Assembly: GCA_965218425.1 (NCBI GenBank)
Contig: OZ244621.1
Location: 384,001-448,000, forward strand
Reading direction: 5' to 3'
Length of the DNA stretch: 64,000 nucleotides
From: an uncultured Candidatus Binatia bacterium
GTDB lineage: Bacteria; Desulfobacterota; Binatia; UBA9968; CAXXLF01
Below, piece by piece: positions 50,245 through 60,599 of this stretch. The notes under the pieces are model-generated. The model was not told the DNA's origin. It did no database searches and saw nothing but the letters and a program-made list of their open reading frames with translations. Position numbers and translations under genes: made by a program. Numbering within the stretch: position 1 is the stretch's first letter; each line of letters begins with the position of its first letter.

Positions 50245-51063
50245 GTGAGGATGTGCGAGGTATTAGAGGTCAGTCGTAGTGGGTACTACGACTGGAGCGG
50301 TCGAGGGGAGTCTCGGCGTAGAGCACAGGATAAGGTTGTGATCAAAGAGATCCGCAAGGTGCACGAGAGCTACAAGGAAGCGTACGGGGCAGTCAAGACA
50401 TGGCTGACGCTGAAGGAGGCGGGGGTGACATGTGGGAAGCATGGGGTGGCGAGGCTGAGGAGTTTAGTGGGGATAGAGACGCGTCGGGTGCAAAGGTTTC
50501 GATTGGCCTACAAGGCTCGTCACAGTGCGCCACCGGCACCGAACTTGTTGCGTCAACGCTTCGAAGCGTCAGGCCCCGACCAGGTATGGATGGCCGATAT
50601 TACCTTCATTGGTACCCGATCTGGGTGGTTATACCTGGCGGTAGTGGTGGACCTTTACTCTCGGCTGGTGGTGGGATGGTCAATGAAGCAACGTCCCACA
50701 CAGGAGTTGGTCAGTGAAGCTTTACTGATGGCTATCGAACAGCGCCAGCCTATGGCGGGGCTGATTCACCATAGCGACCAAGGAATCCAATACGCTAGCA
50801 ATCACTACGTTGAGTTGCTCAAACGCCATGGGGTGGTGCGCAGCATGAGCCGCAAAGGGAATTGCTACGACAATGCAGTGGTCGAGAGTTTGTTCAGCTC
50901 ACTAAAGAATGAACTTGTACACCATCAGGATTATAAGACGAGGCAGGACGCTAGGTCGGATATCTTCGACTACATTGAACTGTTTTATAACCGAAGAAGA
51001 AAGCATGAGTCGTTGGGATACCACACCCCAATGGCATATGACTCGATCAAACGTGTGGCTTAA
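50245..51063 (+). CDS. IS3 transposase OrfB (DDE integrase core)
   Basis: WMADITF, HHSDQGIQY, GNCYDNAVVESLF, FYNRRRKH. Confidence 0.95.
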   Translation: MRMCEVLEVSRSGYYDWSGRGESRRRAQDKVVIKEIRKVHESYKEAYGAVKTWLTLKEAGVTCGKHGVARLRSLVGIETRRVQRFRLAYKARHSAPPAPNLLRQRFEASGPDQVWMADITFIGTRSGWLYLAVVVDLYSRLVVGWSMKQRPTQELVSEALLMAIEQRQPMAGLIHHSDQGIQYASNHYVELLKRHGVVRSMSRKGNCYDNAVVESLFSSLKNELVHHQDYKTRQDARSDIFDYIELFYNRRRKHESLGYHTPMAYDSIKRVA

Positions 51064-51472
51064 TTAACTGTCCGTGAAACCCGGGTCGCTTCAACTTGAC
51101 CCCGTTTCCTGACCCCAGATCAAAAACCCTATCTTGCCTGCGGAGTTTAACAAAATGGGCCAGGAGGACCGCATCCAGGGAAAAGCGGTATCCACCCTTA
51201 CCCTGGAAGACAGACACCTTGCCGCCCAATAGCCCATCCAGGGTTTCATCCCTGCGTGGTTTGATTGATTTCATCATAACATTGCCAAATGGCGTAGTTT
51301 TTTGATAATATATCTAAAATTACTCCAAATTTGAATTTTCGTTTGAAAATCAAATCCGGCGTCCATATCTGAAGGATAGAACACAGGGAATCCGGGGGCA
51401 TCACCAGGACTTGTAACACTCTTGAGCAACCGTATCTCCTACTCTGCCCAATGAATCGGAATCGCTGCAAAC

Positions 51473-52327
51473 GTGGGAACTGAAACTCTGGAAAAGGCGA
51501 AAGTTGAATCTTGGAATGGCAAGACCAGCGGCTCTGGTGCCGTCCTGGTAAGTCAGTTGCTTGCACTCCTAGGTTATCTAGGTCGCTCCACCCTGCATAA
51601 TCTTGCCGAAATGGGGAGGATGTTCCTTTTTCTTTTTTCTTCCATTCTCTGGTTCTTTCACCCTCCCGCTCAGATCCATCTCATCATCCAACACATCAAG
51701 AGTGTTGGCGTCGACTCCCTCATGGTAGTTCTCCTGTCCGGTCTATTCACCGGGATGGTGTTGGGACTGCAGGGTTACTATACGTTGGCAAAGTTTCAGG
51801 CAGAGACCTGGCTCGGATCTGCCGTCGCGCTGGGCCTCATACGTGAGCTGGGCCCTGTGCTCTCGGCTTTTATGGTTACCGGGCGGACCGGATCCGCCAT
51901 GGCGGCTGAGCTCGGCACCATGAGGGTCACGGAACAAATCGATGCCCTTTATTCCATGGCCATTAACCCCATCAAATATCTCGTCTCTCCACGGATCGTC
52001 GCCGGCGTCATCGCCATGCCCCTGCTCACTGCCCTCTTCGACGTGGTGGGTATCTTTGGGGCGTATTTGATCGGTGTGGGTCTTCTGGATGTGAGTTCAG
52101 GGAGCTATTTTTCCGGCATGGAGAAGAGTGTCGTCTTTCGAGATGTGTTCAGTGGATTCTTGAAATCCATCAGCTTCGGTTTGATCATTACCTGGATCTG
52201 TTGTTACAAGGGATTTAATGCCCCTCCCATGGCCACCGGGGTGAGTCGCGCCACCACCGAATCCGTGGTGCTATCCTTTGTCCTCATTCTTGTTTGGGAC
52301 TACTTTTTGACTTCGGTTTTACTTTAA
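51473..52327 (+). CDS. mlaE: MlaE family ABC permease
   Basis: IRELGPVL, GRTGSAMAAELGTMRVTEQIDAL. Confidence 0.93.
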   Translation: MGTETLEKAKVESWNGKTSGSGAVLVSQLLALLGYLGRSTLHNLAEMGRMFLFLFSSILWFFHPPAQIHLIIQHIKSVGVDSLMVVLLSGLFTGMVLGLQGYYTLAKFQAETWLGSAVALGLIRELGPVLSAFMVTGRTGSAMAAELGTMRVTEQIDALYSMAINPIKYLVSPRIVAGVIAMPLLTALFDVVGIFGAYLIGVGLLDVSSGSYFSGMEKSVVFRDVFSGFLKSISFGLIITWICCYKGFNAPPMATGVSRATTESVVLSFVLILVWDYFLTSVLL

Positions 52328-52329
52328 GT

Positions 52330-53082
52330 ATGGGGATGATCCAGGTCGTTGAACTGCATAAGACGTTTGCCGACCACCAGGTCTTGAGGGGTGTGAACCT
52401 AACGATTGAACCGGGAAAAATCACCACGATTATCGGCGGAAGCGGCAGTGGCAAGACGGTGCTCCTCAAGCACCTGAACGCCCTCCTTCTGCCGGACCGG
52501 GGACAGGTCCTGGTGGACGGAGTGGATATAACCAAATTAAGGCAGAATAGACTCAACAAGGTTAGGAACAAGTTCGGCGTGCTGTTCCAGGGGGCCGCGC
52601 TGCTGGACTCGTTTAGTCTCTTTGATAACGTAGCCTTCCCGCTGAGGGAAAAGACCGAGATGAACGAAACCGAAATCGAGAAGAAAGTCATGGAGCGATT
52701 GGAGCAGGTGGGTCTTGAGAAATGGGGGTATAAATTCCCCGCGCAAGTCAGTGGGGGCATGAAGAAAAGGGCCGGGTTGGCGCGAGCCCTGGTACAGGAC
52801 CCCGAGATCGTTTTATTCGACGAACCCACTACGGGCCTGGATCCCCTCTTGGCAAAAAGCATCCACGACCTGATCTTCAGTTCCCATTCTCGTTTCGGTT
52901 TCACCGGAGTCATTGTGAGTCACGACATCCCCGACGTCTTCGAGATCTCCCATATCATTGCCATGCTCGCCAACGGTGTCATTGAAGAAGTTGGAACACC
53001 CCAGGAAATTCAGAAATCCAAAAATCCAATTGTCACACAGTTTCTCAAAGCTGAGACTGAAGGTCCCATGGAAGTCTTGTAG
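52330..53082 (+). CDS. mlaF: MlaF family ABC ATPase
   Basis: GGSGSGKT, FQGAALLDS, SGGMKKRAGLARAL, DEPTTGLDP. Confidence 0.93.
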   Translation: MGMIQVVELHKTFADHQVLRGVNLTIEPGKITTIIGGSGSGKTVLLKHLNALLLPDRGQVLVDGVDITKLRQNRLNKVRNKFGVLFQGAALLDSFSLFDNVAFPLREKTEMNETEIEKKVMERLEQVGLEKWGYKFPAQVSGGMKKRAGLARALVQDPEIVLFDEPTTGLDPLLAKSIHDLIFSSHSRFGFTGVIVSHDIPDVFEISHIIAMLANGVIEEVGTPQEIQKSKNPIVTQFLKAETEGPMEVL

Positions 53083-53093
53083 GAGCCTCATTG

Positions 53094-53549
53094 ATGAATC
53101 AGTCGCGGGTCGATATTCTGGTAGGCATCTTCGTTCTTGCGGGGATGATCAGTCTCGGTTATCTCGCCATCAGCCTCGGGAAACTCGAGGTCATGGGGAG
53201 CAGCGGGTACACCGTTTACGGCGACTTCGCCTCAGTGGCGGGTCTCAAGGTGGGAGACCCGGTGGAGATTGCCGGGGTGAAGATTGGAAGAGTTGAATCC
53301 ATTAACCTAGCCGACGGAAGGGCCCGCCTGGGGTTCCGAATTGAGCCCAGCGTGACGCTGCAGGACGACGTCATTGCATCCGTCCGGTCCCGCGGACTTA
53401 TTGGCGATAAATTCGTTCTGCTTACCTTGGGCGCCTCGGACCGAGTCCTCAAAAACGGCGGCAAGATTCGAGACACCGAGTCGCCCCCCGACTTAACGGA
53501 GGTCCTGGGTAAGTTCATCGGCGGCGATTTTTCATCAGGAAAGAAGTAA
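53094..53549 (+). CDS. mlaD: MlaD/MCE lipid-binding protein
   Basis: N-terminal TM; GLKVGDPVEIAGVKIGRV; GLIGDKFV. Confidence 0.92.
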   Translation: MNQSRVDILVGIFVLAGMISLGYLAISLGKLEVMGSSGYTVYGDFASVAGLKVGDPVEIAGVKIGRVESINLADGRARLGFRIEPSVTLQDDVIASVRSRGLIGDKFVLLTLGASDRVLKNGGKIRDTESPPDLTEVLGKFIGGDFSSGKK

Positions 53550-53566
53550 CGACGTCGGGTTGAGAC

Positions 53567-56139
53567 TCACTCGTACCCCACCGCCGCAACGATATTGGCG
53601 GAGGCAGCCTCCCGGGCCGGCACACAAGCAGCCAACAGGCAGAGCACAACAGCCAGAACCAAGCAGGCCAAGGCCACCCCAAAGGGGTAGTGGTACTGGA
53701 AGGTCCAGCCGGTGAGGATCTTCGTGTTGTAGACCACGTGCTGGTAAGAGATGATGGTTCCAGAAACCAAGCCCAGGATACCTCCCGCCAAGCCTATCCA
53801 ACCCGCCTCCGCCACCACCATCAGCTTGAGTTGACCCTTTGTGGCACCGATGGCCCGCAAGACCCCAATCTCGCGGTTTCGATCCAAGACCGAGGTGAGC
53901 AGCGTATTGATCACGCTCAAAACGGACACCACAACGGCCACCAATAAAACCGCGTAGTTCACAATAAATGACTGCTCCATGATTCCCACCACGCTCTCCC
54001 TCAACTCCCGGTGGGTGCTCACAAACAGCTGGTACTTTTCTCCGTAGTCCCTCTTGACTGTCTGGATCACGGCCTGCTCGTCGGTGCCCGGGGTCAGCCA
54101 CAGATCAAAGGCATCCACCAGATCGTCTTTCCACAACCGCTTGTACAGTGCGCGGTCGATCAAACGCTGCCTGAATCCGACGAATAGTCCATATATACCC
54201 CCAGCACTGTAAACCGCTGTATGCCGGATGGCGTGGCAAGCTCCATCATGTCCCCCTGTCCCTTACCAAAACGGGCCGTAAAGCTCTCGCTCACAATTAC
54301 CCCTGCGCCCTCTGCCATCTGACTCAGCGCCTCTGTCTTTCTGCCCTCCACCATGGGCAGATCACGTACCGTTTGAGAGTCCTTAGCCGAGAAGGATTCC
54401 ACCAGGATGGGCTTCCCCTGATAGGTGGATCGAATCAAGCGATAGAAATCCACCACCCGAACTCCACTTAGGTTCTTGAGTTCGTCTGCAAGGTCTTCCT
54501 CTCTAAGAGAGACGTTCATGGGACCAGCCGTCCTTGCGCTGGAAGTCACGATAAGATCCGCCGTGACCATCCGATCCACCCAGGATATGAGGGAACCCCG
54601 CACGCTATTGATAAAGGCCGCAATGGTAAAAATGGATGCGAGGCTGATCATCAGGGTTGCAACCGTGATGCCGGAGCGAACGGCGCTCCGGTCCAGGTTG
54701 TCGATGCCCAATCGGCCTCCCACCCAGTTGAAGGGCTCCATGCACAGGCGGAGGAAGCGAACACTCCAGTGGAGGAATAGCGAGGAGAGAAAGCATAGGG
54801 CAAGCAAGAAAACCAGCGCGGCAGCCATCCCCAACGTAAACCCTCGCACACCACTTAGGCCACCAGGCGAAAAGACCCAGACCAATACAGCGGCCATGAG
54901 CAACAGAAAGCCAAAAACAGTCGCGCGCACCGGTCTCTGGGACCTGGGAGACCACACCGCTCGCCGGTAGTTTTCCAGTGGGCTCACCCGCGTTGCCTCC
55001 CATGCGGGGTAAAGGGCCGCCACCAGGGATACCCCCAACCCGCTTGCTAGACCGATCCACAAATCACGCCAGGAAAAGGCCGTGCTTGTTAGATCCACTT
55101 CAAAGAAGAGATTGCTCACGCTCTGTACCGTTAGAAGCACGGCACCCTTGGCCAAAAGGAGCCCTATGGCAACCCCTGCCAGAGACCCCGGCAGGGCTAT
55201 CAGGAGGGCCTCCAACATGAGGAGCTTCAGGAGATCCCGTCTGAGTAGTCCCAGACAACGCAGAGTGCCAATCTCCCGCTTTCTTTGCACCACAGAGATG
55301 GCAATGGTGTTGTAGATGAGAAAAAACCCAACGAAGAGAGCAATCAAACTCACAAAAAAGAGCCCCACCCGAAAGGAAGTGAGCAGCGACTCGATCTGTT
55401 CCCCCCGCTCCTTGGGTCGCTCCACCATGGCTACTCCCTTCAACGCTGCCGCGACTCTTTTTCTTACCGCATCGATTTCCTCCCCCTCCTCAACGGTCAG
55501 GTCCACGATGTCGAGTTTCCCCTCTTTACCGAAGGCCCTTTGAGCCACCGGCAGATCCATCAGTGCAAAACTACCGCCGAAGACCTTTGCCGTGCCTTGC
55601 TCCTTCAGCAGACCACGCACGGTGTAGTCCTGTGTCCCAACACTAGTGTTCAGCGTTACCTTCGAACCCACGGGAAGCCCCAGTCGACGTGAAAGGGACT
55701 CCGTCAGGGCGATGGAGTCTGGCCGGGCAATAAAATTCAACGCGCTATCGAAGCTGAACGAGGTACCGGCAAATTGATGGTCACGGATAAAGAAATCGGT
55801 CAGGAAATCCACTCCATAGACAAAAAGCCGCTCGCCTTTAAAGTCAACCAAGGGAAGAAACCCTTCCACCGCCGGCGCCGCCTCCTTCACCCCCGCTGTG
55901 TCGCGGATGAGCGGGTAGAACGACTCCTTCACGCCGCTCTCTGCGTTCACCACCTGCAGCACTGCCTTTCCGGCAATGAGGTCAATGGTCCGTTGAAAGG
56001 AGACGCTCAGGGTCCTGTTGACGATGGAGATGGAGGCGATAACGGCCACGCCAAGCGCGATCCCAAGAAGGGTGAGCCAGGTGCGCAGCTGATGCTGTTT
56101 GAAATGCGGTAGAGTAAGGGAGGTGATAAGTCGGATCAC
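53567..56139 (-). pseudogene. FtsX/MacB-like ABC permease split by a single-base frameshift (possibly intact)
   Basis: 659-aa and 198-aa ORFs join as DSGSV-LIDRALY if one T is restored near 54162; duplicated RxREIGxLR motifs. Confidence 0.75.
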
Positions 56140-56813
56140 GACGGGCTTTCCTCCTCAATGAGACCGTCGCTCAGGTGGATGACCCGATGGCCGTATTCCG
56201 CGGCACCGGGGTTATGGGTCACCATCACCACCGTACAGCCTTCCTCCTGGTTGATGCGGCCCATCAACTCCAGGATCGCCTCCCCGGTCTTTGAATCGAG
56301 ATTTCCCGTTGGTTCATCCGCCAGTAGAATGGGCGGGGAAAAAACCAATGAGCGGGCGATGGCCACCCGCTGATTTTCGCCTCCGGATAGCTCCTCTGGA
56401 AGATGGTCCATGCGCTCGGAGAGACCAACCCGCTCCAGCAGGACTTCCGCCCTATCCCGCGCCTTGGTCCTGACCTGCTTGTCCAGTATCAAGGGGAGCA
56501 TCACGTTCTCCATAGCCGTAAGGGTTGGCAGGAGATTGAAGAACTGAAAGATGAAACCGATATTTCGCCGCCTGAAAAGGGTGACGGGATTGTCCGGCAT
56601 CTGAGAGATGATCCGCCCCGCCACCATCACCCCCCCCTCCGTAGGTCGATCCAATCCCCCCATGAGATGAAGCAGGCTGCTTTTTCCGGAGCCACTGGGC
56701 CCCATGATGACGGCGAATTGTCCCTCGGGAATAATCAGCGAAACTCCCGCCAGTGCGTAGACCTCGTTCTTTCCCTGACGATAAACCTTACGGACATTGA
56801 ACAGGCGAATCAT
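56136..56813 (-). CDS. ABC transporter ATP-binding protein (LolD/MacB-like)
   Basis: GPSGSGKS, GFIFQFFNL, LSGGENQR, ADEPTGNLD. Confidence 0.95.
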   Translation of the reverse strand: MIRLFNVRKVYRQGKNEVYALAGVSLIIPEGQFAVIMGPSGSGKSSLLHLMGGLDRPTEGGVMVAGRIISQMPDNPVTLFRRRNIGFIFQFFNLLPTLTAMENVMLPLILDKQVRTKARDRAEVLLERVGLSERMDHLPEELSGGENQRVAIARSLVFSPPILLADEPTGNLDSKTGEAILELMGRINQEEGCTVVMVTHNPGAAEYGHRVIHLSDGLIEEESPS

Positions 56814-56862
56814 GGTCGATGGCGTTTAGACGGACAGGAAACAAAAGAGGCGGACAACCCTG

Positions 56863-57261
56863 TTAAAGGCCCTCTTCACCCTCCAGGATAAGACTCGGGA
56901 TCTGTAGCTGTGGAGCTGGCCCACCCTTTTGATGGGCGGCCTCGATCTCACTCAAGTTAGCCTTTACCCCGAGAGTGAAGGTGTCCACGTTCACTCTGCG
57001 ATGGACCGGCGCATAGGCTGCGAGTTTTTCCAGCCCAGCGCGCATTAGCTTGATGGCTCCTATCAAGACCTCCTGCTCCCATTTAAAATAACCTGCGGCA
57101 ACTTGAATAATACCTTGGTAAAACAGGCGGTCATGGCCATGGTCCTCTAGCCAGATCTCCTCCAGGGTCTCATGGCACTGGTAAAAAAGCCCCCGGTTAA
57201 ACTCCTCCATCCCTTTGAGGAAGCGGGGATCCCACTCAGTTTCTATGATCTTCGTATCCAT
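56863..57261 (-). CDS. DUF309 family protein
   Basis: FNRGLFYQCHETLEEIW, FYQGIIQVAAG. Confidence 0.88.
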   Translation of the reverse strand: MDTKIIETEWDPRFLKGMEEFNRGLFYQCHETLEEIWLEDHGHDRLFYQGIIQVAAGYFKWEQEVLIGAIKLMRAGLEKLAAYAPVHRRVNVDTFTLGVKANLSEIEAAHQKGGPAPQLQIPSLILEGEEGL

Positions 57262-57308
57262 GCTATGATTACTAATCTCGTACATTTATAGCATGCTGAT
57301 TGGGAACA

Positions 57309-58601
57309 ATGACAGAAACAAAGTCTATTACAAATGAAGTCAGGTTAAAGATCGATTCTCTCTCCTACGGTCCGTACGGGATTGGCAGGGACCAAGGCCG
57401 GGTGATCCTCGTGCCACAAACCGCCCCCGGAGACGAGGGGGGAGTGAAGATCGTTGAAGAGAAAAAGAACTACGCCGTGGGCAAGCTCACCCGTCTCGTT
57501 AAATCCTCCACGGTGCGACGGACCCCACCCTGCCCTCACTTCGGCAGCTGCGGCGGATGTCCCTGGCAGCATATTGAATACTGGGCCCAGCTTGTCGCCA
57601 AGGAAAAGAGCATAACGGACGCACTGCGACGCATCGGCAAGCTCGATCGATATGAAATGTTTCCGATCCTCCCCTCCCCGCAGGAATACCGCTACCGCCG
57701 TCGCATCCGGCTACACACCGATGAGCAGAACAGACTCGGCTTTCACCGGGCGTTCTCCCATGACTTGGTGGAGATCGATTCCTGCCTCATTGCCGATCCA
57801 AGGGCCGATCAGAGTCTGAGTGCCGCCAGAGAGTGGATCAGACAGCTGGGCACGGAGGTTCGATACCTGCAGATTGTGGTGGGAGATCTGGGGAAAAAGG
57901 CCATCCTGGTGGGACGAGCGGATGGAGACTTCCGCGCTGAGGATAATTCGGTTTGTACTGAACTGTTAGAGAACCATGGCGAGATAGGCGGGTTGATTTT
58001 GTCCGGGTCGGGCTGGCGTCACTCTTGGGGACAGGAAAAAACCCTTCTACGGTTGGACAGCGGCTCATGGGCTGAGGTGGACGGAGACCTCTTCATGCAG
58101 GTGAACCGAGAGGCCAACCATCGGCTGGTGGATCTGGTCCTTCGATGGGGAGAGTTCAATCAACAGGACCGTCTGCTGGAACTCTTCTGCGGGGGCGGAA
58201 ACCTCACATTGCCCATGGCCCGCCTGAGCCATGAGGTGGTGGCAGTGGAATGGAACCGCCGCTCCATCAAGAGCGGGGAGCGCAGCGGTCAGCTGAATCA
58301 GGTGGAAAATATTCAATGGCTCTGTTCCGACGTCTCCAGGGCAGTGTATCGAATGGCCAAAAGAAAAAATCGCTTTTCTAAAATCATCCTGAACCCACCC
58401 AGAACAGGTGCCAAGGGGTTGGAGCACGACCTTGCGTCTCTGCAGGCTCAAAAGATTTTTTATATCTCCTGCGACCCCGCCACCCTGGCACGGGACCTTT
58501 CCGCCCTGACCAAGAACGGTTACCGCTTGACCCGGATCCAACCCATCGATCTCTTTCCACATACCTTTCACGTGGAAACCCTCGCCGAGCTTGTGGCTTA
58601 A
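57309..58601 (+). CDS. rlmD: 23S rRNA (uracil-C5)-methyltransferase RlmD/TrmA family with TRAM domain
   Basis: CPHFGSCGGC Fe-S motif, FMQVN, ELFCGGGN, NPPRTG, YISCDPATLARD, DLFPHTFHVE. Confidence 0.9.
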   Translation: MTETKSITNEVRLKIDSLSYGPYGIGRDQGRVILVPQTAPGDEGGVKIVEEKKNYAVGKLTRLVKSSTVRRTPPCPHFGSCGGCPWQHIEYWAQLVAKEKSITDALRRIGKLDRYEMFPILPSPQEYRYRRRIRLHTDEQNRLGFHRAFSHDLVEIDSCLIADPRADQSLSAAREWIRQLGTEVRYLQIVVGDLGKKAILVGRADGDFRAEDNSVCTELLENHGEIGGLILSGSGWRHSWGQEKTLLRLDSGSWAEVDGDLFMQVNREANHRLVDLVLRWGEFNQQDRLLELFCGGGNLTLPMARLSHEVVAVEWNRRSIKSGERSGQLNQVENIQWLCSDVSRAVYRMAKRKNRFSKIILNPPRTGAKGLEHDLASLQAQKIFYISCDPATLARDLSALTKNGYRLTRIQPIDLFPHTFHVETLAELVA

Positions 58602-59536
58602 AACTTTACCCTCACCCGATAGCGGAGCTTGGCCTCTTCATCCTTTTCCACAGGGACGTCGAACCGCACCGTATGGGCTTCCACATCCTCATAGTCATGG
58701 CTGTTCTGCACGATCTCCCAGTCACCAGGGATCGGCTCGACGACGCTCACCGTAACCGGCGTCTCCTTATGATTGCGTAGTTTAATCTCAAATGAAACCT
58801 CATAGAGGCCGGTGGCTAGCTTCCGCCACTCCGTCTGTTTTCTCTTCGCCACCACATCGAAGGCGTCTCCCATCTTCACTCTGACGGTCTCTTCCTTAGG
58901 GGTATGATCGATCCGATCCTCACCGATAAATTGCAGGCTTGCGTCACCGTCCGCCTTGTAGACTCGCACGGTCCCTTTGGGTAAAGGCACACCGAGACGA
59001 TTCTCTTTCTTGTTGGCGGTCTCCACGTAGACCCCTACCTTCTGATTGGATACCGGCACACCGTAACGGTTCTGGTAGTAGTGCTGCGCCCCATAGTAAA
59101 GGAAGCGTTTGTTCACCGGCACCTCAATGCCGTTACTCAGTAGCATGATTTCCTCGCCCACAAATTTTTCCAATAGCTTCTGGGGTGTCAGCAGATCGTA
59201 CTCATAGTTCTGTTCGAGGATCTCCAGCAGTGACGGATCGATCAAGGACTTGACATGGACCGTTTGCGGCATGATCTGCGCCGCAACACCACTAAACTTG
59301 AGCTCAGCTAGACCCGGGAGCAACTGGATCCTCCGCACGTCCTTCACCAATCCCATGTTGCTGTTGTACACAGTGACCGAGACGCCTTCCCGGTCACCTA
59401 TGGCGGCAATGTGTCTATGTGTGGTTTCTAACGCTGCGGGGGCCTGACTCCCTCTCAACGGCGGCAGGAATGCCAACGTTGCAGATGCAAAGGCCAAGCC
59501 GGTTGCTAAAAGTATGGTTTTTAAATTCGCCCTCAT
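58598..59536 (-). pseudogene. DUF4139 family secreted protein with apparent in-frame internal deletion
   Basis: N-part SVTVYNSNMGLVKDVR...EQNYEYDLL joins directly to C-part LGVPLPKGTVRVY...FIGEDRIDHTP; the central segment expected in this family is absent. Confidence 0.6.
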
Positions 59537-59663
59537 GTTGTCCTCCTCTGTCCCAATTCCAGGACGGTTTTTTTAGTACTGCCTGGTTAGACAGGGGGAC
59601 GCAGAAAATTGTTCCAAATTTCTCGAGAGGGCGACAACCACCTGAAGTATTTAGTGTTTTTGC

Positions 59664-60599
59664 TTATTGGGATTGAGCTATCGGCAGGATGGTGATCTGA
59701 ATGCGGAGCCGTTCAGCTTCTGTTGCCGGATCGGCGGGCTCGGTGGAAACGACCTTAGCGTCTTCAATGCTTCCTAGCGATGCCAACGCGGATTTGAATC
59801 GCTGGTATTCTGTAGCCGGGATGGTGATCCAGAGGATCTCTGGTTGGGAAGGCGAGTCCTGTTTCATTTTCTTGACGGCATCTCGCGGTCGTGTGACCTG
59901 TCCTTGGAATTTTTTCACCAGCTCATCAAGTTGTTGCCGCAGATCCTTGCCTCCTTGGGAGACGGTCCGCGGCTCTAGAGCCAACCGGTATTGGCCGGCC
60001 TGGGGAGCCGGTCTCTTTGCCGGTTCCGTTCTCCGCCTGGGCGCCGCCCGCATCTCCTTCAGCGCCCTGTCTCGGGAGTTCAATGCGCCTGCGGCCCCCG
60101 CCATTTCATCGGCCGGCTCGGCCTTCTTCTGGGACAGGGCCATGGGCGCGGCAGCGCGGGGCACCCGTTGCGCATTGCTCTCTTTGAAGTCCTGCCGTAA
60201 GGCCATTTCCGATTCGGCGGGCAACGACTTTAACAACTCCCTCTGCGGCGGCTCACCCTTCTGATAGAGATAGACGGCGAGGATTCCCACGAGCACCACG
60301 GCCGTGGCATGAATGGGTATCTTGATCCTGAAGGGTTGGAAGATACGTTCCCAGAGGCTGGGTCCTGCTGCCTCCCCACGCACTTGTGCCATAACCTTTC
60401 GAGCGAATCCCGGTGGCGGATCAACGGACGGAAGACTCGCCACGCTCTTTATGCTCTCCGCTAGGTCATCCGCCACCGCCAGACAGTTGGGGCAGAGATA
60501 GAGATGGTCTTCCACCGCCCGGTGTCTGCCCGATTCAAGGGTGCCCCCCAGATAGTCGGAAAGCCAGGCTTGGATCTCTTCACATTCCGTTACTGCCAT
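59664..60599 (-). CDS. Anti-sigma factor (zf-HC2 domain, TM, extracytoplasmic domain)
   Basis: CEEIQAWLSDY...HLYLCPNC; one TM; overlaps the ECF sigma stop. Confidence 0.88.
   Translation of the reverse strand: MAVTECEEIQAWLSDYLGGTLESGRHRAVEDHLYLCPNCLAVADDLAESIKSVASLPSVDPPPGFARKVMAQVRGEAAGPSLWERIFQPFRIKIPIHATAVVLVGILAVYLYQKGEPPQRELLKSLPAESEMALRQDFKESNAQRVPRAAAPMALSQKKAEPADEMAGAAGALNSRDRALKEMRAAPRRRTEPAKRPAPQAGQYRLALEPRTVSQGGKDLRQQLDELVKKFQGQVTRPRDAVKKMKQDSPSQPEILWITIPATEYQRFKSALASLGSIEDAKVVSTEPADPATEAERLRIQITILPIAQSQ

Larger units (their letters stand above)
49851..51093 (+). mobile_element. IS3-family insertion sequence
   Basis: IRL TGAGGTAGCCCAGGTTTGACGGACA; IRR (reverse complement) TGAAGCGACCCGGGTTTCACGGACA; orfA/orfB; A6G slippery site at 50164-50170. 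Confidence 0.95.
49283..51277 (-). pseudogene. tRNA1(Val) (adenine-37-N6)-methyltransferase-like gene interrupted by IS3
   Basis: N-part GYRFSLDAVLLA...DLGSGNGV and C-part IPLLLA...VSNPPY...ARHE join exactly across the IS; extra frameshift in a G run near 49532. Confidence 0.88.

Noticed and set aside
54155..54170. Programmed frameshift or genuine two-gene split in the FtsX-like permease
   Set aside because: No slippery heptamer or RBS for the second ORF; fits the window-wide pattern of single-base homopolymer losses.
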